Below the pieces are notes generated by a model. It saw only the letters and a list, made by a program, of their open reading frames with translations, was not told where the DNA came from and made no database searches. DNA of 63,342 nt, the filler included, from Sphacelaria rigidula (lineage: Eukaryota), in the NCBI GenBank assembly GCA_964200075.2. It is 5 parts of 5 records of this genome, joined end to end, with 100 filler letters (N's around TTAATTAATTAA, not from the genome) between each part and the next. Parts side by side here need not be neighbours in the genome. Positions count along the whole stretch, not along the records: positions 12,690 to 25,278 come from CAXNAA020003595.1; positions 25,379 to 37,966 come from CAXNAA020003596.1; 3 more parts are not named here. One strand, given 5' to 3'. This document shows, piece after piece, positions 13,097 to 25,478 of this stretch. The translations under genes and the position numbers were made by a program. Within the stretch, counting starts at the first letter, position 1. The number at the start of each line of letters is the position of its first letter.

Positions 13097-13481
13097 CGCG
13101 GCACAGCACTATGTGCGAAATTCTCTCTGCTTTCAATGGCACGTTGTCTTACAGAGTACAGGCGATAGGCTGCCCCCGCCTATACGATACATTAATTATC
13201 GGAACGTTTAGTGTTGCAGCTCGTACTGTGTTGTCTTTGAGTACTGCATCACGACACTGTCCCCTAATTAGAGCATCTCTTCGGCCACGAGCGCCCTTTC
13301 TTCTTTCTGGTGAAACACTACTGCCCTGTCTTTTAAGTTAGGACACTCGTGGCACCTACCACACCTATATTCCTTCTGTCGTTTAGCTACTTGCTCTTAT
13401 AAATCGCGCCAAATAGTTCTAAAAATTGTTCTGGATATAATAGAACCGTAGGTTCAACCCAGCCGACACCCCTCCCTAATT

Positions 13482-14303
13482 ATGTCGCAACCCACTAGCC
13501 CTGCTTCCTCCTCCGGTTCGGGAGGCACACGGCCCCGCCGTACACGACGCCAAACTATTAACCGCTCCCGCCACATCGACAAATGCGGTGTTTCACCTAC
13601 AGCTCTACGACAACAACCTAAGAGCCCTGCTCTATCTACGGGAGTTGAGGACCAGCAGCCTGCAACGTCAACACTGTCTCACGACGTAACATTCCGTGGC
13701 GGCTCGACATCAGGCGCACCTCTATCTACGGGACTTGAAGGCCAGCAGACTGCAAAGTCAAAAATGCCTAACGACGAACCATTCCGTGGCAGCTCGACAG
13801 CAGTTGCGACTGCAATACCCATGTCCCACGATGTAACACCCCGTGACAATTTGATACCGGCTCGTGCCGAAGCACCCCCCTCACTAAGGAATGCTACCTC
13901 AGATGCCGTTCTGGGATCCGCGGCTAGGATGGCGCCCTCAGTTGAGCCCATAGCGGTGGGTTCTTTCATGGTGCCCAGGTCGGAGACGATCAATCTTTCG
14001 CCGTCTCAGCCGAAGCGGCACGCTTCCGACGTTCGAAATGCTGACACGGGTGTTGCTTCTGTTGGAAGTCCTCACTCCACGACCTCTGGTAGTCCAACGC
14101 ACCGCATCCCGTCGTCTGGGTCCAGAACCATGGTCGAGGTCATGATTTTGACACTTCAGAACTCAACCAAGGCTTCACCTGGTTCCGCCGACGATCCTGA
14201 TACAAATCTTGCCATGACACTCAAGACGTTCAACGATGCCATGCTACATACTCAGGTACGCCCCTCTTACGCGCAAATGTTTTCGCGGGGCTCAAATTAT
14301 TGA
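13482..14303 (+). CDS. Ser/Thr/Pro-rich 5' ORF of the Gypsy element, with a 90-nt (30-aa) internal duplication
   Basis: 273-aa ATG-initiated ORF; LSTGVEDQQPATSTLSHDVTFRGGST and LSTGLEGQQTAKSKMPNDEPFRGSST are repeats; related ORF fragments continue to ~16500. Confidence 0.5.
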   Translation: MSQPTSPASSSGSGGTRPRRTRRQTINRSRHIDKCGVSPTALRQQPKSPALSTGVEDQQPATSTLSHDVTFRGGSTSGAPLSTGLEGQQTAKSKMPNDEPFRGSSTAVATAIPMSHDVTPRDNLIPARAEAPPSLRNATSDAVLGSAARMAPSVEPIAVGSFMVPRSETINLSPSQPKRHASDVRNADTGVASVGSPHSTTSGSPTHRIPSSGSRTMVEVMILTLQNSTKASPGSADDPDTNLAMTLKTFNDAMLHTQVRPSYAQMFSRGSNY

Positions 14304-14943
14304 AATTTCCGCCGCACGTAATAACCTTCCAGCCGCCACTGCGCCGCACGTAATATCCTGTCTGATCTATCATCGGGCCCAGCTTCCTCGATCAAAAAAG
14401 CTAGCGACATTTCTTCTTACGAGCCCTGGCGTCATCATAGACGAGCTCGAGCTAACCGCGATGCCCCATCCCGCTCCGCTGCTGATGCCGCCACTACCCG
14501 TTTGCTCCAACGATAGATTTCATGTCTGGAACATTTCATCAAGCAAATCATGGACTCGTCCAAACTTCGCCACCACTTCTTCGGCCACGGCCGTGGCCAC
14601 TACGACGAAGACCGCCGCCCCTGCCAAAATAAGTGCAGCTCCGGCCACAGTAGCTGTCGCCCCAGGCACCGCTGCGGCACTTTCGGCCGCAGTGACGGCC
14701 ACTCCTGCCGCCGCCACTGCGGCCGTCGGAGGCGCTCCCAACAATGACAGGTCTCGACCATTGCTACTGTCGCCCGTACTGCCGTCACTGCCACCGCTGA
14801 CCGCGCCCCTACGACTGATAGGTCCCCGAGCAAGCTGTACCCTCAGTCACAGAATATCTTGTGTGCCTTTTCTTGGAACATGACAGAGACACACAGAATA
14901 ACATCATCGCTCGTTCCCGAGCCGCAACCCCGGTGCCAGCCCT

Positions 14944-15192
14944 GAGGGGTCCTACGATAGGGTGGGGAGTGTTTGATTGCACGAAAAAAGAGGCTCAAAA
15001 GTGTGTCAGCCGACTTGCCACACTCGCGATGCGCTTGTATTTGGCTCATAACGTTTCCAATCGTTATAAATGAGCGTTATGTATCTATAACAAGCTCGTT
15101 CGAGCAACTGTGGCTGACTTCAACGACGATTTACCTTGGAACTTCGTGCAAAAAGTGGCCCGAAATACCCCACCCCTATCGTATGATGACTC
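14944..15192 (-). mobile_element. MITE family A (Sola2-like), TSD CCCT
   Basis: Ends GAGGGGTCCTACGATAGGG ... CCCCTATCGTATGATGACTC; CCCT at 14940-14943 and 15193-15196; inverted homolog of 23495-23748. Confidence 0.85.
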
Positions 15193-18100
15193 CCCTACCG
15201 GCCACCACTCCGGCGCCGAACCTTACGGCGATCACCCTGGCGCCGACATTCCATGACATGCAAAATGACTGCGCTGCTGACGAGAACGCGATTCACCTCC
15301 TTCGCGAGGAATTTACAACACGGCAGGCTAATCTACAGCGTAACGTCAACACCGCCACCGCCGCCCACTTCGCTGCCCTTCGGGCTCACGCGGAACACGA
15401 ATCGGTCATGGCAGCCAGTTAACGCAAGGCTGCGGAGCTGGCGGCCCATATTAATCGGACCGTTGAGGACGCTGCGTCCGTGGCAACCTTGCTGACCGGC
15501 CATTAGGCCGCTCGGGTCCACTCAACGTCGCTATACACTACGCAGCTCCCTCAGCGATCCCCCGCGGCTTCTCCACCATCGGGCTCGGTCTGCTCGCCAT
15601 CTGCGGGGATCCGCATACCCCGTAAGACGGAGCCGCCATTCCCGACACCTTGCCCTCTCCCCTCACGAGGTCACTCGGCTCGTGCATAACGTGCGGGACT
15701 TCTCTGCCGACTTTTCGGTGGACAACCCCCTGCAAAGTTCCAGGGCCGCTTGGAGCGCTGTCCACCATAGGGTTCTGGTTGACTTGGGTCTATACCTTGA
15801 CCAAGGCGCACAAGTCCCGGTTGCAGACCCGCACTCCTTGACGCTCGCCCAGTTTGTGGCGCATGCTCAACCGGCCCCAATGATGGTGCCAGTGCCTACA
15901 ACAGGGCCGCCCATAGCCTTCTGCAGGCCTTACGGGACACGTTTTCGTCGGGCACCTCCGCCGCCGACGACAACAACATTCACGATGACAAGTGGACTCC
16001 AGTCACCGCGAGCTGTCGGCCGCACAAAAACAACGACGACAATGACGACCGTCAGGGCGGCGGACGCGGGGGTCGCCGCGACGGTTCCGGATCCTCCGGT
16101 GGAGGACGCCGAGGATCCAATTCACGACGAACGGTCCGGATTAAACAACACTCGAACCGGAAACGCACGGGATCTAACTCGTCAGGCAGCTCGTCTCGAA
16201 ATGCCCGCCACATGAATGGGTCAGCGACGGACCCGCCGTCAATCAATTTGATCAATGTCAGGCAAGAGACACCTCCTTTGGCTGATGCTTCTCGCGAGTT
16301 ATTAGATTTGTCTGACACTGATGACAAAGATCAATCTTCGTCTTCGACCTCGGCCCGCACTTTAGCTGCCGCCACGGCTAGTCTAGCACAGACTGCAGCC
16401 CGTGGGGCTGCAGCAGGTGCTAAGGCTGAGGCTGCTCGGGTAGCTGCTATCCAGAGCGATTACATTCAGATGGATGTCAACAAACTTTGACATATTAAAC
16501 CCATGCCCGCAGCGGACAACGAGAACTCGGGACAGTTTACCCCGGGTCTAATTTACTCCATCGGTCGTACTGTACGAAACATTCTGCAATTAGCGGATCG
16601 CACTGGTGCTCAGCGTTATGAGAATCCCGTTTGGGTCGATGGTTGGCATACCCCGCCACATAAGGCCTTACACCGCGCCGTCGCTCGTCGCTCGCCTGAT
16701 CTTGCCTCTTCATGAACGCAGATCATCGACCGCTCCGTCGCCGCGATGGATACGGACAGTGCCTCGGGGCGAACTGGCCCGACAATACTCAGTGATCTGG
16801 AGCGGCGCCTGACTGGCTACTTTGATCTAAGTACGCAGGGTAGCTCCATGCAGGATCTGGGCTCGTTTGATGTAGCCACGGACGTTCCCGTTTCCGACTA
16901 TCTTGGTCAGTTCAAGTTGTTAGTTTCCAGCACTTCGGGAACTGGACGCCAGAGCGGCCCTTCCGATTCTATGTCAGTTTTACGTCAGTACGAGTGTTTC
17001 TGAGCAGTTCCGGCATTGGTGCCATCGTTGTTTCTGGGTGCCCTAGCACACCGCGAGGTGCCTTACGCATCCGTAGACGCAATGTGGACAGCTTTTGTCT
17101 ATCAAGAAAGTAACCTCACGCCCGCCATTCGGGGTGACAAATATTTGTCTTCGCGTTCATGGGCTGCCGCCGTCTCCTCCGCGAACACCCACGGGTCTCG
17201 CGAACGGAATTCGAGTTTATCTCGTGCTACGTGGACCCCCGCCTGTGTCGCCGGTTCAGCAATGAGTGTTGGAGGTAACAAATACCCATCCTGCGCGAGT
17301 TTTGACGCACGGCCGTACTCTGAAGAGACATGAGACGATGTTTATTTGACTTCTACGACAGCTTTTCTCACGGATGATCCCCATTTGTGGAACCTGCTTT
17401 TGTCTTCTTCGGCTAGACACGACGCTTTCAGTCGCCACGCCAACAGATGTATCAATTGAAATGAACGAGACCACAGCATGTGAACTGTGACAACTCATGC
17501 ATAAATGCATTCGATCTCATGAACTCTGAACTACGGAGCAATGAACCCGCGTGGTGCCGATGGCAAAAACCAATGCGCGACTATCGTACCCCATAACGAA
17601 CTAATCGCCATCATTCGAATACGCGAGGCAACTATCGCTCTAATCGCGATCGCCGACAAAACAGCAACCATAGTCCCGACACTCGCCAAAGAGATAATAC
17701 CTCTCGCGCCAGCCATGGATCCACTGATAGACACCAGCGAACGGGACCGACACACAGCTCGAACTCCAACACCAGAAACCCTGGTATACCCTCACTTCGG
17801 ATCGAATAGATCCATGACGTGACAACGTCGGCGTCCTAAATTCTTCGGCGGCGCCGACAGCACTTTTAGAGAATAGTTCAACACCTCCCGCGAAGCTAGC
17901 GACGAAAACATTACGCTCAGTCTCCCCGGCGTTATGCAGGAGCACTAATGACGGCCGCTCGAATCGACCCCCGTCCTCCCCGCTTCGCATACAGCGTAAC
18001 AGTTACGTGAACTCACTACTTAGCTCTACGCTCGGCTCTAGACTTGATCCATCAGAGCTGAGTGTAAATCTGAGGTGTGGGAACACCAGTCGCCCGTCCC

Positions 18101-18616
18101 TGAGACAAAGGCTTCCCTCAGCGACCGCACGCGTAGGCAGTAGTGTATCTCACTCGACTGGTTCAAGTGTAGCTGGTCTCAATTTGACCACTTCGGGCCA
18201 AGTAACACCCACCCAGCTCGAAACAGTTCGTTCTTCGCGTTCATTACACCACGCGAAACTACCCCTGAATGGTTCCAAGAAAAACCGTCCCAATTTACAA
18301 TCGGCTATTACTCCTCAGCCAAGCTTGCCAACGGGAAGTCCGCAAGCTCCGACCGAGCATGCCCCGATGCTGACTGCATCCACCCGACTGGACGCAGTTG
18401 CAGTGCCCCAACAAGTTTTGGAAGTTCCCCGACCATCTTCACGGCGAAAGAGAAAGCCCCGTAAGCATGCCCCCAAGGAAGCGTGCGCATCATCACGCAC
18501 ACATCTTTCGAGCGAAAACTCTCGACCTCAATCCCTCCAAAATGCGACGACTTTGAGCTCGACGGCTCCATCAAGCATCACGGAAGAAACAAATTCAAAT
18601 GTTTCCGATGCCACTG

Positions 18617-18793
18617 GAGTCATCCTACGATAGGAGGGGGGGTATTTTGGGCCATTTGTTGCTCGAAATTTCGAGTCAGATCGTCGNNNNNNNNNNAATA
18701 CAACCGCAACGCAAGGTGGTAAGGATGTCTGACACAACTATTAGCTTTTTTTTCGTGTAGCCAAATACCCCCTCCCCTATCGTAGGATGACTC
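18617..18793 (+). mobile_element. MITE family A, TSD ACTG (contains a 10-N gap at 18687-18696)
   Basis: TIRs GAGTCATCCTACGATAGG / CCTATCGTAGGATGACTC; ACTG at 18613-18616 and 18794-18797. Confidence 0.88.
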
Positions 18794-19134
18794 ACTGCTT
18801 CTTCAACTGACGGCCCCAACAACGCACAATCTAGATCCACCTTGGATCTTGATCCCTGTCTACCCAAGACGGTCATTTACGAAATCGCTTCTGATCAGTC
18901 TGACCGTGCCTCACCTGGGAATAATATACCACCCACCATCTTTTCTGGTGAAAAATCTGATCCACCGGCGAATCACCCACCGTCCGTTTTTGCTGTCAGT
19001 CCCGCTGATCCTGACCAATTTACCTTGCCGAAACATGGTCCGGATCTTGTCGGCGGTAATGTGTCTGTGGACCCGACCACTTTTACTACACGCGTCGCGA
19101 TCCACTCTGGTCCAACGCTACCACGCCTACGAAA

Positions 19135-19512
19135 TGCGTATCCCTATTGGACAGCGACAGCCCGCAAACGTTCATTCGAAAATCAACATGGGAACACATG
19201 AAACAGACTGGCGCTGCTACTGCAGCTTGTGAAACCACCACCCAACCTCGAGTATGGGGCGGCTTCGGTGATTCTACCGCACTTATAACAACACGAAACC
19301 TCGTACGTCTCAGTGTGCAATTTTTTCACAACACCACTCGTTCTGACAGCCTGGTCGTCTGGGCATACGTTGTCCCCGACAGCACAATCCATCACGCACA
19401 TACTATTGGGCAGAGATATACCAAAATAATACTCAAGCAACCGGAGCTGCTTACCACCTTCGATACAACGGTAGTGTTGGTATTACACTCCCCGACGATC
19501 CTCAACTTCTAG
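19135..19512 (+). pseudogene. Gypsy aspartic protease, degenerate
   Basis: CVSLLDSDSPQTFIRK, with the DSG motif mutated to DSD; positioned upstream of RT. Confidence 0.7.
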
Positions 19513-19915
19513 AAGTTGCACTAGTTCGCCGAAATGGCATTCCTGCACTTATAGGTCATTATCTTGCCGAAATATTATCCCGTATTGGCGCACCAGTCAA
19601 CACAGAACATTTGGTCTCGGCGGGACAACAACTCCTCCCTCTTACGGGTCATGCTAACTTGGAACCCGGCGATATTTCAGGAATCGCCGCTGCTCCCCTG
19701 ATGCACATCCCACTCGAGACGTGCGTAACGGAGCCTGCGGAGCCCGACGCACCATCCCGGACGGAGTTAGTCCATTGTGTCGATGAACCTTTTTTCGATC
19801 TCGCCTCTGCGACTCCACCCCAGGTCCACACCGTGGATCCTACCCAGTCAAACTCCGATTCTCCTGCTAAAGTCCTTAACCCTCATCACCAGATTCTCAG
19901 AATACTTTCCTGCAA

Positions 19916-21340
19916 ATGCGGAACCAAATGCCGCCACACACGCGAGATGTCAATTTTGACCTTCATGGGCCCGGCTGGAAACCAGCAGTCATCCAAGAAC
20001 TCAGTGATGCCTTGCTACAGTACCAATACCGGCTTTCCCGATCCAAGACGGATCTTGGGCACTGCAAAACGCTGCCCTTTGAGGTTACACTCCAACCCGG
20101 CGTCTCGGCAATGTCTTCTCGATCATACCGGACAAACCCATTACTTACCAAAAACGTAAATGCCATCTTGGATACATATTTGGGAGCGGGATCAATACAA
20201 AATCCCTCCTCTCCTTGGACTTCGCCACTTGAGGTTATCCCTAAAAAGGATGGAAACATACGCATAACCGTGAATTACCGAAGGTTGAACTGCGTCACTG
20301 TGGTTGGTAAACCTCCCTTCCCCCGCATTGATCAAGTCTTCGACTCTTCAGGCGAAGGAAAAATATTTAGCAACTTCGACCTCGCTTCTGGATGTTTTCA
20401 GAATGCTATCCACCCTGACATAGTCCCACTTACGGCCTTCTGTACCTCGTCCGGGCTCTACGAGTGGCTTCGAATGCCACAAGGCGCTGCCACTGCACCA
20501 GGATGCCTTCAACGCTTCATCCAACGCGTCACCGGGGACCTCAAGCACATCACCATGTACCTAGATAACGCTTTCGCTTCCGATGCCTCACCTATTGCAC
20601 ACATCCGCACTCTACGAGAATTTCTGTCTCGCCTACAAACACACGACTTGAAACTGTCTCCACCCAAAGCTCGCCTAGGTGCGGCTGACTTGGATTTCCT
20701 GGGACATTCCATTTCGCCAGCAGCCCTACATCCGGATACAAACAAAGTCAGAGCGATGACTGACTTGCCGATGCCAACCAACATTTCTCAACTTTGCTAA
20801 TTGTTGGCGAACTATCCTACTACCGCGAGTTTTGCCGAATTTATCCAAACCCATCCGACCCATTACTGAGCTACTCAAGAAAGGGGCCGTGTTTACCTTC
20901 ACCACCGATATGGAGAAATCAGCCGCGAATTGCTGAAAACGCTCACCGAAGAGCCGGTACTCTGTTTCCTTGGTTGGCAGGCAGTACAAGATGGCTCTCG
21001 CCTTTCCAACTACACACTGACGCCAGCACAGACGGATTTGGAAGAGTTTTGAATCAACCCCAGGTTGATGGCTCCATTCAACCCATGCTCTACATCAGCC
21101 GCGCCACCCTGCCCAACGAGGCCAACTGGGGCCCGCTGGAATTGGAAGGCGGAGTGATCACCTGGGCCATTAAGCGCCTCCGATAACATCTGTTTCACGT
21201 GCCCTTTGAGATCAACACGGATCATGGGGCACTCGAACAACTCGCCAAGGTTGGCGGACACAACCCACGTGTACAACGATGGTTAAAGTTTCTAACAGCG
21301 TACCAGTATACCATTAAGCACCGTCCAGCCAAACCAAAAG
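19916..21340 (+). pseudogene. Gypsy reverse transcriptase and RNase H, degenerate
   Basis: SSPWTSPLEVIPKKDGNIRITVNYRRLN, FSNFDLASGCFQ, LTAFCTSSGLYEWLRMPQG, MYLDN (YxDD mutated), DFLGHSIS; RNase H FQLHTDASTDGFG...ELEGGVITWAIKRLR...INTDHGAL. Confidence 0.93.
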
Positions 21341-22299
21341 GAACGCTGACCTTCTTTCCCGGTTACCCCTGCCGCCTAGGGCCGCAGATTTCAGCCCGGC
21401 TTGCCATTTAACGGAACCCGATGAACCTGGGATTTACCCTATTAGACGTTTTTCAACGCCCGTTTATGCCCTTGACCTTCAGTGCCCAAAGACGGGTATG
21501 CACATGGGAGGACCTCGCCCTCTACCTTATGACGCCGTCTCCGGTGGGTTAGAGCCCACTACCTCAGAATTTGTCGAGTTCCGCACTTTTGGTACTCGCG
21601 CGAAGCTTTTCACGGAGACACCTTCGGTCATCCACCTGATCTCTGATAACACGCGCTCCCGGTCTGCCGCTCGCACCACGCCCCCAAGTACCCCACCGCC
21701 ACCGATGACATCTACAAATCCCACGAGCCACGCAGCACCGGTCCAACGGACCAGTAAGCAACGCTCCGCGAAAAATACTGCAATATGCACCACGCGCCGC
21801 GGACAAACTTCGCCGCGCATTGCTACAGCCCCGCCGCCTATAACGGCGCCATCTACATCTACCGCTCCCGAGCATGGAGCAAAGGATTCAGCTCGTGCTC
21901 CCGGGGCAGATATTGACGTCGGGCAGTTTTGCCCCACTGCCTATTCCCCCGCTGCCAACCCCACGATGTTTGGTCGGCTCTCCAGTGGAATGTCAACCAC
22001 GCCAGTTTCTCACGAGCTACTCTCACCGTGATTGGGATCGTGAACAAAACGCGGAACTATATGCCGCGCCGCCATCCGGTACTTCCAGCTTGACTGCCCA
22101 GTCCCTTTTCCATCCGCCCCTCTGGCCCCAGTTGGCACACTGCCACCCTCAGGTATCTCTGACGTATACGAACTCGTGCGCAAAGGCCCCATTTTCACTA
22201 CGGATGAGGGCATACAACTACTCGTGCGCCGCCCGACGCCTTTGACGGATGCACTTTCCGTCTCAACCACGGGACGCCACGCACGACTACCCAATGACG

Positions 22300-23480
22300 A
22301 AGCAACGCGCATATATGTCCTATTACTGATGCACCCCTGGGTCATGAAAGGCTGCGCACGGACTTGCCATGTCACCTTGGCGTCACTCGCACCCTAGCGC
22401 TCCTGGAATGCTCCTACTGGTGGGTTGGCAGTGAAATTTCCACCCGCTTCTGGATTCGGCGATGCTTCAAATAAATGCTAAGCTCGAAACACTTCACGGC
22501 AGACAGTACGCTGGTCCGTAATTTCCATGGGACTCCCCAACACCCTATGCCACCTTGTATCCTTCGACTACTCTGGCCCTCTACCGACCACAGGTCGCGG
22601 CAACACCTACATCTTACCCTTCATTGACCGCTTCAGCCGCCACGCGTCCATGTACGCTGTAACCGCTGCAGATTTCACTGCCGTGAGTGATGCTACGGTA
22701 GGGGTGCACAAATATTTTATGAGGTTAGAATTGTTAGGAGCTCTTTATCTCATGCAAAACATGACCTATGAAAGTACGCCAGGACTACTACTCCAATGTG
22801 CTGGGGATATCCCGAATGGATTTGCAAACGGGGATGCCCTGCCTCATACTTTTGTGCATCTTGGATCGTTAGGAGCCCCTGAACCAGACATAACTTCGCG
22901 AAAAAAGTGCACCCCTACCGTAGCATTGCTCCCGTCGGAACGGCCGATATCTCATTCCACGACTACATCAAGTACTACGGTTGCCCGAAACGACTCCTTT
23001 AAAACAATGGTCAGCAATTTTACTCATACATCTCTGATGAGCTTTACAAGCTTCTGGGCATCCGCGAAATTGCCACGAGCGCCTACCACCCTAACCGTAA
23101 CGGTGGTACCGAAAGTCAATCACACCATGGTCCAAATGCTCTTCATGGTCGTCAATGACCGCCAAAATGACTGGGACCTACACCTCTCGCACATCCTGTT
23201 GTCCTACAACAACTCGGTTAACGCCGCCACAGGCCTTTCTCCGAGCGAACTTCATCTTGAACGTTACCCTCGGGTGCCAACCACCGTGTTTGAGTGACAT
23301 ACGTTCGATGGCCACCAAGGATTAGATCAGGATCAGATATCCCATCACGAGCTAGCGCATTCACGACAACGCAGCGCGTTTACCCTCGTACACGAACAAC
23401 ACGCTATCAACGCCTCGCGCCTTGAAAGATCTAACACTGCTCTCTACAATTCCATGCACAAACGTCCCAACTGGAAACTT
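22300..23480 (+). pseudogene. Gypsy integrase, interrupted by a MITE
   Basis: VSFDYSGPLPTTGRGNTYILPFIDRFSRHA, VNHTMVQML, DWDLHLSHILLSYNNSVNAATGLSPSEL. Confidence 0.9.
22685..22931 (+). mobile_element. MITE family B (Sola2-like), TSD CCGT
   Basis: TIRs GAGTGATGCTACGGTAGGGGTGCAC / GTGCACCCCTACCGTAGCATTGCTC; CCGT at 22681-22684 and 22932-22935; excision restores integrase DFTAVGTADI. Confidence 0.92.
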
Positions 23481-23494
23481 CGTGATTGGGTTTG

Positions 23495-23748
23495 GAGTCA
23501 TCCTACGATAGGGGGGGTGGGGTATTTTGGGCCACTTCTTGCACGAAATTCCAAGGCAAATCGCCGCTGAAATCAGCAACGGTTGCTCGAACGAGCTTGT
23601 GATAGACACATAACGCTCATTCATACCGATTGACACCGTTTTACACCAAATACAAGCGCATCACAAGTCTTGCAGGTCATCTGACACACTTATCAGCTGT
23701 TTTCCCCGTGCAATCAGACACCCCCCCCCCCCTATCGTAGGATGACTC
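23495..23748 (+). mobile_element. MITE family A, TSD TTTG/TTTA
   Basis: TIRs GAGTCATCCTACGATAGGGGGGG / CCCCCCCTATCGTAGGATGACTC; excision with one TSD restores DWVWIYNSLSTIREG. Confidence 0.9.
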
Positions 23749-24128
23749 TTTAGATCTACAACAGTTTGTCCACCATCCGTGAAGGCACCAGCAAGGCAGC
23801 CAACGAAACAATTTGAAGGACAAAGTCGTCCCTCAATTGGACAGAACCATTCAAGATCCTGACAGTCGGACCATCGCCATCATAACCGGATGATAAAACC
23901 GTTGGTGACAAACTGCTCTATCTCGACCTGCCTCGCGACCTCTAGGGCAAGGACACCAAACCTCGCGTCTCCGTGCACAGATGCAAATCCTGCAGGAACC
24001 CACATGATGCTAGCGACATGCCCAAGTACTTGCCTGTCGGACTCATTCAGTATGTCCTCAACAGCTACTAGACCAAGTCCCCCCATTATCATGTTACAAA
24101 CGACGACGTAACGGAACAGCCCCTGCGA

Positions 24129-24270
24129 TTGACCGTGTCCACCATTTCCGGCCACCAGATCACTCGTGGTCGTGGTGGCAAAGTTGCCGTCATGTATAAG
24201 ACACACTGGCAAGGTATTTGGAGATCGTCTTGGGAACGCGAATCCGACCTTCAATTGCACCAGCGTGCAA
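24129..24270 (+). pseudogene. Chromodomain-like module at the integrase C-terminus
   Basis: VSTISGHQITRGRGGKVAVMYKTHWQGIWRSSWERESDL matches the chromodomain pattern I..H......Y.v.W.G....SWE.E..L. Confidence 0.75.
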
Positions 24271-25278
24271 TCCTCCTGCACTTGACGCAATCCCAACATC
24301 AGCATCTTGCTCGCAACAAGAAAGATCGCAACATGCACCGTGGTGCAGCAGCCCGCGAACTTCACCGCGATCAACGACTACGCTTTGTCGCCGATGGCTA
24401 CGACCTTGTACCCACCTAGACTTGTAAGGCGAAGTTCTTCGCGAACCAGCGAATACTACCCAAGGGCAGCTACCTTTGCTTCAAAGGCAACGACAATATC
24501 TGGTGGTTGCGTCAGACCCACTCCGCTCATCTGGTTTCTGCCGACACATACATCTTGTGCTTCATCGACGACGCTGGACCCATCCAGCGCAAGCTTCGGC
24601 CAGCACGACACACCACCAGTCCATCTGCCCCACGCGGATCCTGGTGCCTTTAGCGACTCAAGTCAAAAGGATTTCGCCGCGGTATCCAGCGCAACATCGA
24701 CCACACCCACGACGTCCACGCACCGCTTTGAACCATGCTCCTCCATTGCAATCTGCCTTCCCTTCTTTAGTACTTTGCCCTCCCTTTTCGCTAGGACCCG
24801 ACTCTACAACATCTATAACAGGACTACTTACATCGGACGACGATCGGAGACTTCTAGGAGCTACCGACTATCTACGGCTATTGGAGCTCAAGTACTTCCC
24901 TTTTGCTGGCGCTCGATCTCGCTGGATCACTGACTTCAATATTTTAATTCCCTTGCTTGAGACCAACATGCGTTGGTCACTACTGATCTTGCCGTTTCTC
25001 TTTGGAATCCCCCATGTAGAAGCTCTGCTCCCTTTTGTATCCCCTGGTTTTCCTCTTCGTTTTGCTAGGACGCCGAAGCAGTTTGTGCTCCTTCGTTGAT
25101 CGCTAGCACGTAGAAGCAGTCTGTGCTCCGGCGTTTCGAAGCAGTTTTTTCTGCTTCTCTAAGAAGTATATGCTTCCCTCATTTTGGGGTGTGGAAGTGG
25201 GCACGGGAGTGCTTTCCTTAGAACAACAAATTGTGCGAATTGAGGTTTAACTTCGAGATGAGGTTCAAGCCTATAACA

Positions 25279-25378
25279 NNNNNNNNNNNNNNNNNNNNNN
25301 NNNNNNNNNNNNNNNNNNNNNNTTAATTAATTAANNNNNNNNNNNNNNNNNNNNNNNNNNNNNNNNNNNNNNNNNNNN
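25279..25378. other. Artificial scaffold spacer
   Basis: N44 + TTAATTAATTAA + N44. Confidence 0.98.
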
Positions 25379-25478
25379 CCTACGACTATGGCATGCACGA
25401 TCATGAGTACACCCCCCCCCCCTCCATAAACAAAAACAGGCTGCAACTTTTTTTTCTCGCTCTCACTGTTTTCCTCAC

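Larger units (their letters stand above)
13200..25210 (+). mobile_element. Degenerate Ty3/Gypsy LTR retrotransposon with chromodomain (boundaries approximate, LTRs not resolved)
   Basis: Domain order is gag-like region with CCHC remnant (~16450-17500), PR, RT, RH, IN, chromodomain; many stops and frameshifts; purine-rich tract near 25184-25210. Confidence 0.9.

Noticed and set aside
22527..23297. 256-aa ORF suggesting an integrase with a novel inserted domain
   Set aside because: The insert is a MITE with TIRs and a 4-bp TSD, and the read-through is out of the integrase frame for part of its length.
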